63,798 nt of DNA, filler included, from Licmophora abbreviata (GCA_900291995.1; 10 parts of 10 records of this genome joined end to end with filler, not necessarily neighbours in it), one strand, 5' to 3'; shown: positions 35,027 to 46,118, counted from the first letter of the whole stretch. Notes: a model not told the origin generated them from the letters alone. Translations and numbers: made by a program.

Positions 35027-35856
35027 ATGATCGTGGGCGCAATGAAAAGCAAGAAAAAGATTCGGTCGATGCGACTGTTGTTGTTTGTGTGAAGCATGAA
35101 CGGCGCCTTCACAACGAACAAAGCAGCGTCTGCTGAGCATCATCGTCCCTCTACGCCGCCATCGTACCATCACGGCTGTAGAATAGAAACCGCCAAAATC
35201 AAGGCTACTCCCTGGAAACGGTCGCTATCTCTCTTCTGCCGCCCCCCTTTCGCTTCAGGAGGATGCATAGACGCTCATTAACACAACATGCTGTCTACAT
35301 ATTTGCTTCTCGAGGAGGTAGGAGGACGACCCAGCCAGCTTGCCATACACACGCCCAAGCATATATGTGAGCGACTTCACGCCCATGATACCTTTCGATA
35401 TCGCCCAATTAGAGTGAACTTTGACCTCCTTCTAGAGTGACACGCATCGATCGCCGCAGACTTACATACGAGAGGCGGGGTCTATGGACCATGTTGCCGT
35501 AGTCTAGACCTAGAGATATTATGTTGACCTAACTTCCGACTTTGTTGTGAGATGGACACGAAAGTTCGCCCTCGACATCAATCGTGCACGAACGACAGCC
35601 TTACCTGTATCCATAAGTAGCAGCAAGGCACGTGTACAATGATATTTAGACACGTAGTTGTCGACAACGGATATCTGTTTATGACTTGCAACAACGAAAA
35701 TGTCCTGCTCAGAATAACACACGGCGCACTCTCTCGCCACAAGAACGAAGCACGACCTCAACACCTCAACGCTCCTTTCATGTGCTCATCGTCTTCATCG
35801 TTGAAGCGGCAAGCGTTCTCATCCTCCTCTCCCGCAATTCTGATCGACTTTGAAGC

Positions 35857-38316
35857 ATGCCGTCGACCAACCCTCAGGGTGGCTCGGCCTCCAGCTCTTC
35901 CAGTAGCGGAAATATCTTACTTGCAGGCGGCAAGAAAACGAAAAGCTACAAGGCCCTCCCTCCTCTTGTTTGGTACATGGAAAACGGAGACTGGGTCAAG
36001 GCCACGGAGCGCGCCAAACGGTACCCCCGCGAAGTCAGGACATGGGCGACACTGCGTACTAAAAGCATGGAGGGCACAGAAGCCAAAGTTTCCGGAACCA
36101 AGCGATTGGCCTTGCATCATGCGTGTTTCAAGCTGCGCTCTTCACTGAGTACCTTTTCTACGGACGAGTCAGACCCGTTTGTCGATGTCTGCCGATTTAT
36201 TCTTCTACTGGTGAACCTCTACCCAGAGGCAGCAGGAATGAGGGAGTCACGACATGGATGTTTGCCCTTGCACTTGGCGGCCTTTGCCTCGTGTGCGCCG
36301 CGGCCTGCGGAGCGGACCAGCCGGGCCGCCACNNNNNNNNNNNNNNNNNNNNNNNNNNNNNNNNNNNNNNNNNNNNTTAATTAATTAANNNNNNNNNNNN
36401 NNNNNNNNNNNNNNNNNNNNNNNNNNNNNNNNGACCGTGGACACGATGAATATTCCTTCTACTACTACTGCAGGTCGACTCAGCGCTCCTACTCGTACCA
36501 TGGACCATATCGTCGCCGTTAACAGTGGGCTGTCACGTCCATCTGCCGTTTCTCAGCAACAACGATCGATTTCCGATGCCACGCATGATACAAGCATGAC
36601 CACCATGTTGGCCGAAGAACGCTACACTGGGAACCAGACCATGCAGCATTCGAATTCACCCCGGAAGAGTGGACATGCATATTCCAAGAGATCTACTGAA
36701 TCACTTCCAGTCCGTGTATCGCAAAAATCGAATGTCTTGATTTCGTCACGTCGTGAAGACATGGCCGTCCAAGTCCTGAACGCACTCCTGGACGCCTACC
36801 CCAAGGGCATTAAAGTCGATAGCGAAGGCGGTCGCTTACCCTTGCACACGGCCTGTGCAGGACGGGCTACACCAAGAGTCATTTCGACACTGCTCACCGC
36901 CTACCCCGCTGCCGCACGCCATCGCAACAAGGATGGCTTCCTACCGCTCCACTTATCGGCTCACTGGGGTGTCTCACATCCAAATGTCGCCATTACGTTA
37001 TTGAAAGTCTATCCTGATGCGACACTCGGTCGCAATCGATGGGAACGAACGCCGTTGGAAGAAGCCTTGTGTATGGCGGGAGAGAATGGAAGACCGCATC
37101 AGGCGGCCTTGGTGAGGTCCCTGCGCAAGCATCCCAGCTATTGGACGAGGCCACCCTCGGAACTGTTTTCAGGAGGAGAACCACAAGCGGGACGAAGGCA
37201 GCATACGATTGTCGATATGGATGAAACGATTCCGAGTGATGGGACGAGTACGCACGATGATGAAGATGGGCATTACTATAATGCTGTGGGAGAGTAAGTA
37301 GCGAAGAAAGAAAATGTGTTTGGCATACATGCCGTTTGAACAAGCGGAAACTGATTCGTATCTATTCTTCCGTCGTAACCTCCTGTGTGATCGTTACAAT
37401 CACCACTACAGTGTGGATGGACTGGATCAGCCCAAGCATCGATTCACACCACGAAACTTGTTGCGCAAGAGCAAGGCCGAGGCATCAAAGCGGTCGGTGC
37501 CTTCCCAAGACTTGTCAACACTCATCAAGGCCCAGAACTGGGACGCGGTGATTGACCGTCTAGAACTCGAACCTAACGAGGCTTCGGAACACTTGAACTT
37601 GACGACGCGAGGTGGATTCGTTTCCACGTTTGGCTTGACGCCACTGGCGTATGCATGCGAACGTCGTCCTCCGGCCGAAGTCATTGAAGCGCTACTGGAA
37701 GCATGTCCGGAAGCCGCCATGACCAAGGTGCAGCCCGGAGGCTCGCTGCCCCTGCACATTGCATGCACGTGGAATGCGCCACATGCAGTAGTCTCCCTCT
37801 TGTTGTCGACGGAACCGGCCGCATGTCACGTCCCCGACTCCCTGGGCAATCTGGCGTTGCACGCGGCGTGCTTTTCCGGAGCAGGTGAGCGTCGTTGTGT
37901 TGATGTGTCTGTAGTTTGGAATGATAACTTGTGCTCACCTATATGCATGCTTTGCGGTTTCGTGTCAATACTTAGTCGCGACCATTGTCGACGGCCTGCT
38001 ACGAACATACCCCCGGTCCGTCTTGGCTCGCAACAACCAAGGCAGTCTCTCGAGTGACATTGTGAAACGCCTCCGCCACGACAACCGCAGACAAGTAATG
38101 GCGATTCTCAACACGAGCACAGAAGAACTCATGGCGCATCGGAGGAGCCGCTCGTCGGGATCCTTTTCCTCCGTAGCGAAGCGAGCAGCCGAACTGAATG
38201 CCCGCGAAGAGCACGGCTATTTGGAAACGAGAGGGTGCGATGCGTCCAAAGAGGGCGGTATGGGAGTTGAAATTGTCCCTCTGGACGACGCGGATGGGGA
38301 AATGATGTGGATATGA
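35857..38316 (+). CDS. Multi-block ankyrin-repeat protein; introns 37294-37411 and 37885-37975; spans a spacer
   Basis: RLALHHAC, GCLPLHLAA, GRLPLHTAC, GFLPLHLSA, GSLPLHIAC, GNLALHAAC. Splice sites restore the frame. Confidence 0.85.
36333..36432. other. Artificial assembly spacer
   Basis: Same 100-nt linker. Confidence 0.97.
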
Positions 38317-38384
38317 AAGTAAAAGAAAGAGAATGGCACCTCATGTAAGATGATAGATAGTCAACAGTTGGTAGTTTCAAGGAG

Positions 38385-38415
<31 letters not shown>

Positions 38416-38416
38416 G
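38385..38416. repeat. (GTT)n microsatellite
   Basis: About 10 GTT units between two converging 3' ends. Confidence 0.9.
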
Positions 38417-38478
38417 ATGGTGTTCGTTATCTACTTATTATTGTACTCGCACGATGGTATTGACCGTTTCTCTTTTCC

Positions 38479-38823
38479 TCACACACGAGAAGGATAAAGC
38501 ATGACACGAACACGTCCACCAATGGCTTGAGGCGGCAAATTACGATGGAAACGGCACCGGACAACTCCATTGGAGCCATGCGAGCGGCAGACCTTTCCCC
38601 ACGTGACTCGAAACTTGTTTCCAAACTTGTCTGCAGTCTTGGCCTTGGTGATGAAGGCAACTTTCTTTCCGTAGTAGAATTCGGCATCTTGGGTGCTATC
38701 GACGCCCTTGATCTTGATGAGGGAAATACTGTTGTTTTGGGTGCGCAGGCCTCGCTTGTATCCCAAAATGGCGCCATCGACGTGGAGGCGAGGCGGTCGC
38801 TTTGTTGTTTCCGAAGAAGACAT
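38479..38823 (-). CDS. RPL35A: 60S ribosomal protein L35a (eL33); putative 5'UTR intron 39167-38888
   Basis: RLHVDGAILGYKRGLRTQ...WGKVCRSHGSNGVVRCRF..NLPPQAIG.RVRVMLYPSRV. Confidence 0.97.
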   Translation of the reverse strand: MSSSETTKRPPRLHVDGAILGYKRGLRTQNNSISLIKIKGVDSTQDAEFYYGKKVAFITKAKTADKFGNKFRVTWGKVCRSHGSNGVVRCRFHRNLPPQAIGGRVRVMLYPSRV

Positions 38824-39311
38824 GATTTCAAATGATAAAAAGTGGAGTGCTGCTGGACTTGTTGGCAGTAGTAGTGCAATGCAAGAACTAGAGGGGAAAA
38901 GACAATAAAAGAGGCGAGAATGATCAGTGGGTGCAGGGGATCGCTCTAAATCGCTTCGGTGCTCGTTCGACTAAACCGACTGACTCGAAACACAGCAAGA
39001 CGACGGCGCGACCATGAGCAAGTCAGTCCTCGTCTCCGTTCTTCTTGCCACCGCTGTCCAAACCTAGTCTCCCCCTCTCGTTTCCAACTCTTTCCTCTGA
39101 TTCGTTTGTTTCTTTCCTTTCTTCGTATCATGGTGCAGCAGCAGCAGCAACAACAACACGCACTCACCCTCTCGCAACGACGACACCGATGATAACTGTG
39201 TGTGTGCGGTCCGAAGTGTGCATGTCTGTGTACCCATAACCTATAGTAAACGGTAAAACAGTCAGCCCCCACTCCACTCAACGTAGACTGCAGTACTATT
39301 TTCTACAAGAA

Positions 39312-39411
39312 NNNNNNNNNNNNNNNNNNNNNNNNNNNNNNNNNNNNNNNNNNNNTTAATTAATTAANNNNNNNNNNNNNNNNNNNNNNNNNNNNNNNNN
39401 NNNNNNNNNNN
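39312..39411. other. Artificial assembly spacer
   Basis: Linker; the flanks overlap by 8 nt (TACAAGAA), so the two sides are probably contiguous. Confidence 0.95.
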
Positions 39412-39840
39412 TACAAGAACTGCATTTGGGGCGGCTCTCACCGCACACCCAAACACAGTTCAGTATACGATAGCATCACATCTAGTGTAGAGACACAGTG
39501 TGTGAGAGAATAGTCTCGACGACGCGACAAGAGCTGTTTCAAGGTACGACGAAGGATGGAGGCACAGTGAGAGCAGGACGGATAGAGAGGCCATCGATCC
39601 GATTGGGTAGTAGATACAGAGAGAGAGATGCGCAAGGAAAACGAACTGAACACCCCTCCCTCGTCATGGTTGCGTCCGTCGTGCGCGCGCGTGGTGTTGG
39701 GCAATCAGGACGACGGACTGTTGCAACGATCGATGCAAGCGTCACATGCCGAAACTTTGTATTTTTTGGTTGGTTCGTCAGCTGGCTACTCACTCACCCT
39801 TGCGCTATCGGTTTCTCCTTTGTAATCTCTCTCTCTCTAG

Positions 39841-40508
39841 ATGGTGCGCATGTCAGTACTAGCCGATTGTCTCAAGACCATTTCAAATGCTGAAAAGCGT
39901 GGTCGGCGACAGGTTCTCATCAGGCCATCCTCCAAGGTGGTCATTAAATTCCTGCAGTGCATGCAGCAGCATGGTGAGTTCGTTCATATGACTTGACCAA
40001 GTACAATCAATCCATACAGACGGGGACACTTTTCTGTTTCGTGAGCGCCACCACGGATGGATATTATAATTCATTTGGTGCGCTGTTGCTGCCGTGACCC
40101 GAGACAAGTCATTGATCCCCCAAAATAGAAACATCGGGCGCAGGAAATACACTCACGGAACCAAACTATTGCAGTAGAGGTCCTCCGCCGTCTCGTGCGC
40201 CACAATTTTACTCATGGTGTCTCTTTGTTTCATACTTTATATAAATAGGCTACATTGGAGAATTTGAAATTATCGACGACCATCGCGCCAACAAGATTGT
40301 GATTGAATTGACGGGACGCATCAACAAGTGTGGTGTCATTGCTCCTCGGTTCGATGTCCCGTACACGGAAATTGAAAAGTGGATTGTCAATCTCTTGCCC
40401 TCCCGCCAGTTTGGTCATGTCATTCTCAGCACGACCTATGGGATCATGACCCACGAAGAGGCGCGTCGTAAAAAGACGGGTGGGAAGATTCTTGGATTCT
40501 TTTACTAA
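39841..40508 (+). CDS. RPS15A: 40S ribosomal protein S15a (uS8/S22); exons 39841-39973 and 40249-40508; 5'UTR intron 39544-39840
   Basis: [75 protein letters not shown]...GGKILGFFY. The ATG is directly preceded by a pyrimidine tract and TAG. Confidence 0.98.
40015..40207 (+). ncRNA. Candidate structured intronic RNA (possible H/ACA-like snoRNA or cis-regulatory fold) in RPS15A intron 2
   Basis: Nested complementary segments found by eye (see findings) and an ACA triplet at 40202-40204. No family recognised. Confidence 0.35.
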
Positions 40509-40630
40509 GTAGAAATTAGTACTAGACTCAGATGAACAGCAAACGAGAACGTATTAAGGATGTGATACTCTAGCACTGCGCACTACTCTACAAGGAGCAT
40601 TGTATGATATGATTGGTACTTGTGTCCTCA

Positions 40631-41338
40631 TCACACAAGCCCATTCTCCAAGGACGCAGGAGGATGCACGGGCATCCTCAGGCTGTCCATCATGTTCTGC
40701 TCGTACTGTAACAAGACTTGCTCTACCTCGTGTGAGTTGGAGGCGTGTTGCAGCGACAAACACCGCCGAGGTGTCGCTCCCTTTTGAGTGAGGAGTACCG
40801 ACGATTCGGGGTAGAGTTGGAGCAAATGTTGAATGATGGACGTCGATGCTCCGACACTGCAGGCAACGTGCAGTGGCGTCCAGCCTCGTTTGTCACTGCA
40901 GCGGGCTGATGACGGCCGAGTGTCCAGTAGCAGATGGATCATGTCGGGATTTGCACCATTGGACAGGGCATAGTGGATTGGGAGTCTTCCCAGTAGGTCC
41001 GCTTGTAAACATGCATCAGGAAAGTGTTGCAACAATAGACTGACGACATCATAATTGGCCGTTTTGCGACAGGCAATGTGCAGGGGCAGTCGTTGATAGG
41101 CAGACTCGACCAGTCGACATGACTCGGGGTAGGCCAACACCAAGGTCTCAATCATGGCGTACGGCACCCGCTCGTTGCAACACGCCTCGTGAATGGGCAG
41201 GACTTCTGCACTCTTGACTCCCTCGAAGAAGCCTGCTCGTATGGCCCTTTGCTTGGTCCATGCCGGTTTCGAACGACAGACACGCATCGCGTGCTCCCAC
41301 TCTTCCGAAGTGATGTACTGAGACAGTTCGGAGGGCAT
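40631..41338 (-). CDS. Ankyrin-repeat protein (LPLH type)
   Basis: VLPIHEAC, RLPLHIAC, GRLPIHYAL, GWTPLHVAC. Confidence 0.85.
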   Translation of the reverse strand: MPSELSQYITSEEWEHAMRVCRSKPAWTKQRAIRAGFFEGVKSAEVLPIHEACCNERVPYAMIETLVLAYPESCRLVESAYQRLPLHIACRKTANYDVVSLLLQHFPDACLQADLLGRLPIHYALSNGANPDMIHLLLDTRPSSARCSDKRGWTPLHVACSVGASTSIIQHLLQLYPESSVLLTQKGATPRRCLSLQHASNSHEVEQVLLQYEQNMMDSLRMPVHPPASLENGLV

Positions 41339-41860
41339 TCGGATGTGTTTTTTTAAAGTATGGATTGCAAAAGACTTGATGGAGGGCTCACTCTGACTGA
41401 CCTGATAGTATTGCACACAACCCCCGTGGCGACGATAGTCTCTGTATCCGCAACAACAAACACAATTAATACGGTGTGTCGACTGGAAACGCGGGTCATC
41501 CTGTGGTGGATATGTATGTCGTCGTCGTTGCGTGATGCAAGACATCCTCCGCTTCGTCGGCACGCGCGCGCTAGGAAAGCCGCGCATCATGGATACGTCC
41601 CTATCCGTCTACGAGTAGGAGGAGCCTGGTATCATACCCATTTCAAATTTCAAGCTTGCAAAAACAAAGTTCACGATGAATGAGTAGAGAGAAGAGATGG
41701 AGAGTAAGGGCATACTATGAACGACCTCCTCGTTGGAACGTCATGGCGAGATTACTGTGTGGTGCCGCTGATTGGCTGGGTGCTCGAGGTACGAGAGTTT
41801 CACACAACCTACGCCGGGCATCGCTGATGTACTCTTGTCTGCACGTAGGAATCGCAAGAC

Positions 41861-42934
41861 ATGATCCGTCGTATCGCTCACACGTTGTTGCCTCGCTCTG
41901 CTCATGGCGCCCATCAGACGCATCGCCTGAATTTACACGTGTTGTGCCATATGCTACTGCGACACATGCTTCCGAATGAATTGGGGATCTATTTCGTGAG
42001 ATCCCGTCGTAGTAGTTTTGGTACGAGCCCTCCACAGGACGACGATGCGACCGTAGTACGGACTGCAAGTACAGTTGCAAGTCGCGCCTTGGTGGAGCAG
42101 GACACCGATCCGCTACTACCTCTTTGTCCCCAGTCGACGCATGCGGAACGAACTCGCTTCCTGCGAGCAAGAAAGGGGGACGTTCCAGCAGCGGCAGAAA
42201 TGCTACACCACTATCTTGGCTGGAGAAGGCGATACGATGACAGCAGCAACAGCAATAACAACAACATAAAGGAGAAGGATGCTCATGCCCATCCACCATC
42301 TCCATCGCGTGAGGATCCCATTTGGACACGCGCTTGTAATTCTGCAGCAGCAGCATCACTAGTACTAAAAGAGCAGCAGCGACATGACGCTTCCATTCAC
42401 CAACACAACACTGCTACTCCTCCACCCTGGATTGTGTGCATCTTGGATGAGACTCACACGACACATCATGACAACAAACGCATTCTTCAACACTTACCTG
42501 CTCGTATTGACCTATCCCAGGGATCCGCCGAAACCTACGCCACCGTATTGGCATTGTACATCGACCGTGTCTTGGCACACGACTCTCTCGAAACGATTTG
42601 CGTCGCGATTGACGTACGCCCGGGTACTGGATGGAGCAACATTCCCGCCACGCAGCTCATTCCCTTTGTCCAACGGACTGCCCAGTTGTTGAATGAGGTG
42701 CACCCGGAACGTTTGGCGACGTGCATTCTATTTCCTGTCCCGTACGTGGCTAAATTAGTGTGGAATATCATCCGACAGGGGCTGGATCCGGAGACGGCTC
42801 AGAAAATTAAGATTTTGTCCGGGGCGGCGGGGAAGGACTCGCCTGTGCCCCAGGAGATGTACAAGTACGTAGCGAGTGAAACTGTGGAGTGGATGGAACA
42901 GAATCGACTGTCAACCTTTACAACACCCAGTTAG
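41861..42934 (+). CDS. CRAL-TRIO domain protein (start uncertain)
   Basis: ERTRFLRARKGDVPAAAEMLHHYLGWR, ICVAIDVRPG, HPERLATCILFPVP, LDPETAQKI. Confidence 0.85.
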   Translation: MIRRIAHTLLPRSAHGAHQTHRLNLHVLCHMLLRHMLPNELGIYFVRSRRSSFGTSPPQDDDATVVRTASTVASRALVEQDTDPLLPLCPQSTHAERTRFLRARKGDVPAAAEMLHHYLGWRRRYDDSSNSNNNNIKEKDAHAHPPSPSREDPIWTRACNSAAAASLVLKEQQRHDASIHQHNTATPPPWIVCILDETHTTHHDNKRILQHLPARIDLSQGSAETYATVLALYIDRVLAHDSLETICVAIDVRPGTGWSNIPATQLIPFVQRTAQLLNEVHPERLATCILFPVPYVAKLVWNIIRQGLDPETAQKIKILSGAAGKDSPVPQEMYKYVASETVEWMEQNRLSTFTTPS

Positions 42935-43206
42935 TGGCCAGCAATGAGGACTGTATCCCGAGATTGAAGCGGAAGTGGCCTGCTTACTTGTCGGTCGATA
43001 CATCGGTATTGCGAGATGCGCGGTTGTCGACACCATCTACTTTGCTCCATGTCTCGCTCCGATGGACAGCGACAACAGTCGGCTGAACGACATGCCTGTT
43101 ATAGAATGCCTCTGCTGTCCTGAAGCTCTGAGATCGGCTACAGCTCGACGATGGGTGCACTGTACAAGCAACGTACTCGGTCCTACTTATATATACACTT
43201 ATCATT

Positions 43207-43306
43207 NNNNNNNNNNNNNNNNNNNNNNNNNNNNNNNNNNNNNNNNNNNNTTAATTAATTAANNNNNNNNNNNNNNNNNNNNNNNNNNNNNNNNNNNNNN
43301 NNNNNN
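43207..43306. other. Artificial assembly spacer
   Basis: Same 100-nt linker. Confidence 0.97.
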
Positions 43307-43318
43307 CACTATCCGACC

Positions 43319-45823
43319 TTAACTGATGCCGTTTCCGGCCTTGCCCGTGTCCATCTCGACGCCTCCGGACTTGTTGGATTTGAGAGCCATATAGGCGATA
43401 ACGCCAATGATCGCCACACCGGCGAATACACCGATGGCAATGCCAGCCTTGGCGCCAGACGACAGACCGTCACTTCCACCGTCACCGCCACCCGCATCCC
43501 CGACAAAGACAGTACTAACAGGAACGAAAGGATCCTCGCACTCAAACTCCCAAAAGGAGACCGTGCCGCTGTGAGCACCGCCAAAGATGATCGCCGCCTT
43601 TCCAGTGGGAGACTCGTTCGCAGGGACGAACAGAGTCACTTCGGCATCCAGATCACCAAGAGTGCGGTCGTCGTAGGCGACGCCAGGACTCTTGTTTTCT
43701 GAGGCAGGGCTCAAGTTGAACACTTTTCGGAGAACAGGATCGCCCCCATTGTTGAGCTCGGAAATATCGTAGAGGAAGCAATCACCGTTGTTCTCGCCGC
43801 ATGAAATGGCGAAGAGCCTGTTGCAAGCCGCAGCAATTGTGACAGACTCAGGAGCAAGACCATCCTCGGCTGCCTTCTCGTCAATGGTTTCGCTAATTGG
43901 ACAGGCACCTGCATTACCGTTGCCCGCATCGTTGCAACCATCAAAATTGGGGTCGTTCCTATGGTGGTGAACGGAGAATGGTGTGAGAGAACCTCTTGTC
44001 TTGACACGAAATGGATCTACTCTCTTCCTGTGAAAGAGTACTCACATGTCATCGAGACCATCTCGTTCGTCAGGATTCAGCTCATATCGCGTGCCATCGA
44101 CGGGAGCATAGTCGTCATCTTGAACGCCATTGTGAGACCAGGGAAAGGTAGAGCATCCTTCAACCTCGAAGTCTGATCCCTGTCGAAGACAAAATGGGCG
44201 TTGATAAGGACATCAAGTATGCAAAGTAGGGAACGTCGGGTCACTGCAGAGTTGTACTTACCGAATCCCAAACGAAATCAATCGTATCATCATAGGAGTC
44301 AGGGACCTTATAGATGCCGATTCCTCGACCGCCAAGAGCAACGACCTTCTCTACCACCGGTGCAGAGGGATCATCATAGTTAACCGCATCCGATCCAATC
44401 GTAATCTCAAGCCCATTCGCGCACCATGCGAGACCATTGTCTTCGCAATCGCTGTTGAAGGGAGCTGCCTGACCTTCCGCGGAGTTTGTCGTACTGAACA
44501 AAGCAGCGGATGCCACAAAGTTGCGCTGTCCTAGCGTGGTGCCACTGAAGAGGTCACCGGCTTCCATCTTCTCCTCATATGGACCGTAGTCAGCATCGGA
44601 GCCCTCATCCGCAGTAAAGACATAGTCTACACCGTCAATCTCGACTGTCGCAATTCCATCCGGTTTGCGACACGAGTACAATACAGGACTGGTGACAAGC
44701 AATCCACACCCGTCATCCTTGACGATATCAATGCCCGGACCCGAGGTCCACGGCTTGAGGCCAAAGCCGTCAATGGCCTTGGCTTCGGCAGACGCCACGT
44801 CGATGCGGACAAGAGCAGCGTTCTGTTGAAGATTCACAAAGAGCTGCTCGTCATCGGCGCTGAATTGCATAAACTCGGGCTGCATGAAGAAGGCGGGATT
44901 GTAATTGGCCCGAATGTTGGCCCAGTCAATATCATTTGCAGCATTTGACACGTCGTCCCAGTACTCCATGGCCTTGAGGGTAAGAGGCATGTGGACCTCG
45001 CGACCAAGAAGATAGGCGTCGTCAAATCCGTCAAAATTGATCTGCATCCAGGGGGAATATATGAATCGAGTTGAAGGAGGTTAGAGACTACAGGATTGTA
45101 CAGCAATGACTTCTTGAAACGAATCCTCGTCATTCAGAAGCACCATATGACACATGTGTCGGACAGCAGACGCACCTGCTTGATCGTCGGTCCTCCATTG
45201 GCACGAAAGTTGGATACGAGATGGATCGCTCCTTCCGCAAGGGCATCGCCGTCATTCTCGTTGGCGACCGCGAGAATCGAACAGTCCCCGTTGACACGAA
45301 TGTTATCGGGAAGTGGGCCTGCGTCAATCTCGGCGAGGAGCGCGGGAGTGGAAGCATCGTTGCGCTTGACCGTGCTATACATGAGAATGAGGTCAGCATC
45401 CGTCGCTGCGATGAACAAGAGCTCTTCTTCAGGACAAACGGCCACATCCTTGATGTCTGAATCGTACTCGGTAAGGTCGAGAGAGTACGGGGTGATGGAA
45501 GCAGGCAAGGAGCTGTAGTCGATCACAGTCACGTAGGGCCCTCCCTCGGATTGCGTGTACATGTATCCCTGGATTGGATCATAGGCAAAGTGCTCCACGG
45601 CGCCCATGCCGAATCCGTAACCTTCCCAAACTTCATCGGAAGGCTGGGGAGGCGTCGTCGTCAGATCTGGACCGTACGGAACAAAGAGTCGATCCTTGAA
45701 GACCAAGTCCTTGAAGTTGTTCGTGGAGGCGAAGCTGGAGTCGTACTTCAGCACCGACGAAGCGTGCGACTGCTGGAGAAGTAGACCAAACAAGAGGAAG
45801 AATAGGCAACGGATCCTCATCAT
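43319..45823 (-). CDS. Cell-surface choice-of-anchor I / MSP130-like (alkaline phosphatase-related) beta-propeller protein; exons 45823-45176, 45041-44262, 44179-44046 and 43958-43319
   Basis: Signal peptide; GPLPD..VANE, QPEF, FVNLQQNA, KPDGI, TADEG, GGRG, WDSG, G.APE, GDLDAE; C-terminal TM. Three GT-AG introns restore the frame. Confidence 0.8.
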
Positions 45824-45928
45824 GGTGGTAGTAGTTCACAATTCATAGAAACATATCTTGTACACTTCCTATTCGGACTTGCGAAGGATCTTCCTGCACG
45901 AGAACGACCTTCTACCTGGGTATAAAGA

Positions 45929-45974
45929 CGAATCTTTCCCGCATCCTTCCGAAAGAGATTCGAACCGAGATTCA
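45929..45974. promoter_or_regulatory. Three YGAATCTH (PSR-like phosphate-starvation) motifs
   Basis: CGAATCTT 45929-45936 (+), CGAATCTC 45955-45962 (-), TGAATCTC 45967-45974 (-). Confidence 0.55.
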
Positions 45975-46118
45975 AAAAAGGTATCCTTTTGCGAAGGGCC
46001 ACATATACGAGTAGCTCGCACTTGAAAGGAGCTCGTGCGAGGCGCCTGTCCGTCATCGGTATGATCTTTTTTTCGTCTTAATGACACAAGCTACAAAACT
46101 GCGGAAGACGACAGCACC

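Noticed and set aside
40076..40147. TPP riboswitch in RPS15A intron 2 (CCGAGA, TGATC, GCGCAGGA)
   Set aside because: It lacks CUGAGA and the ACCUGAU/P4 pairing, and the host gene is unrelated to thiamine.
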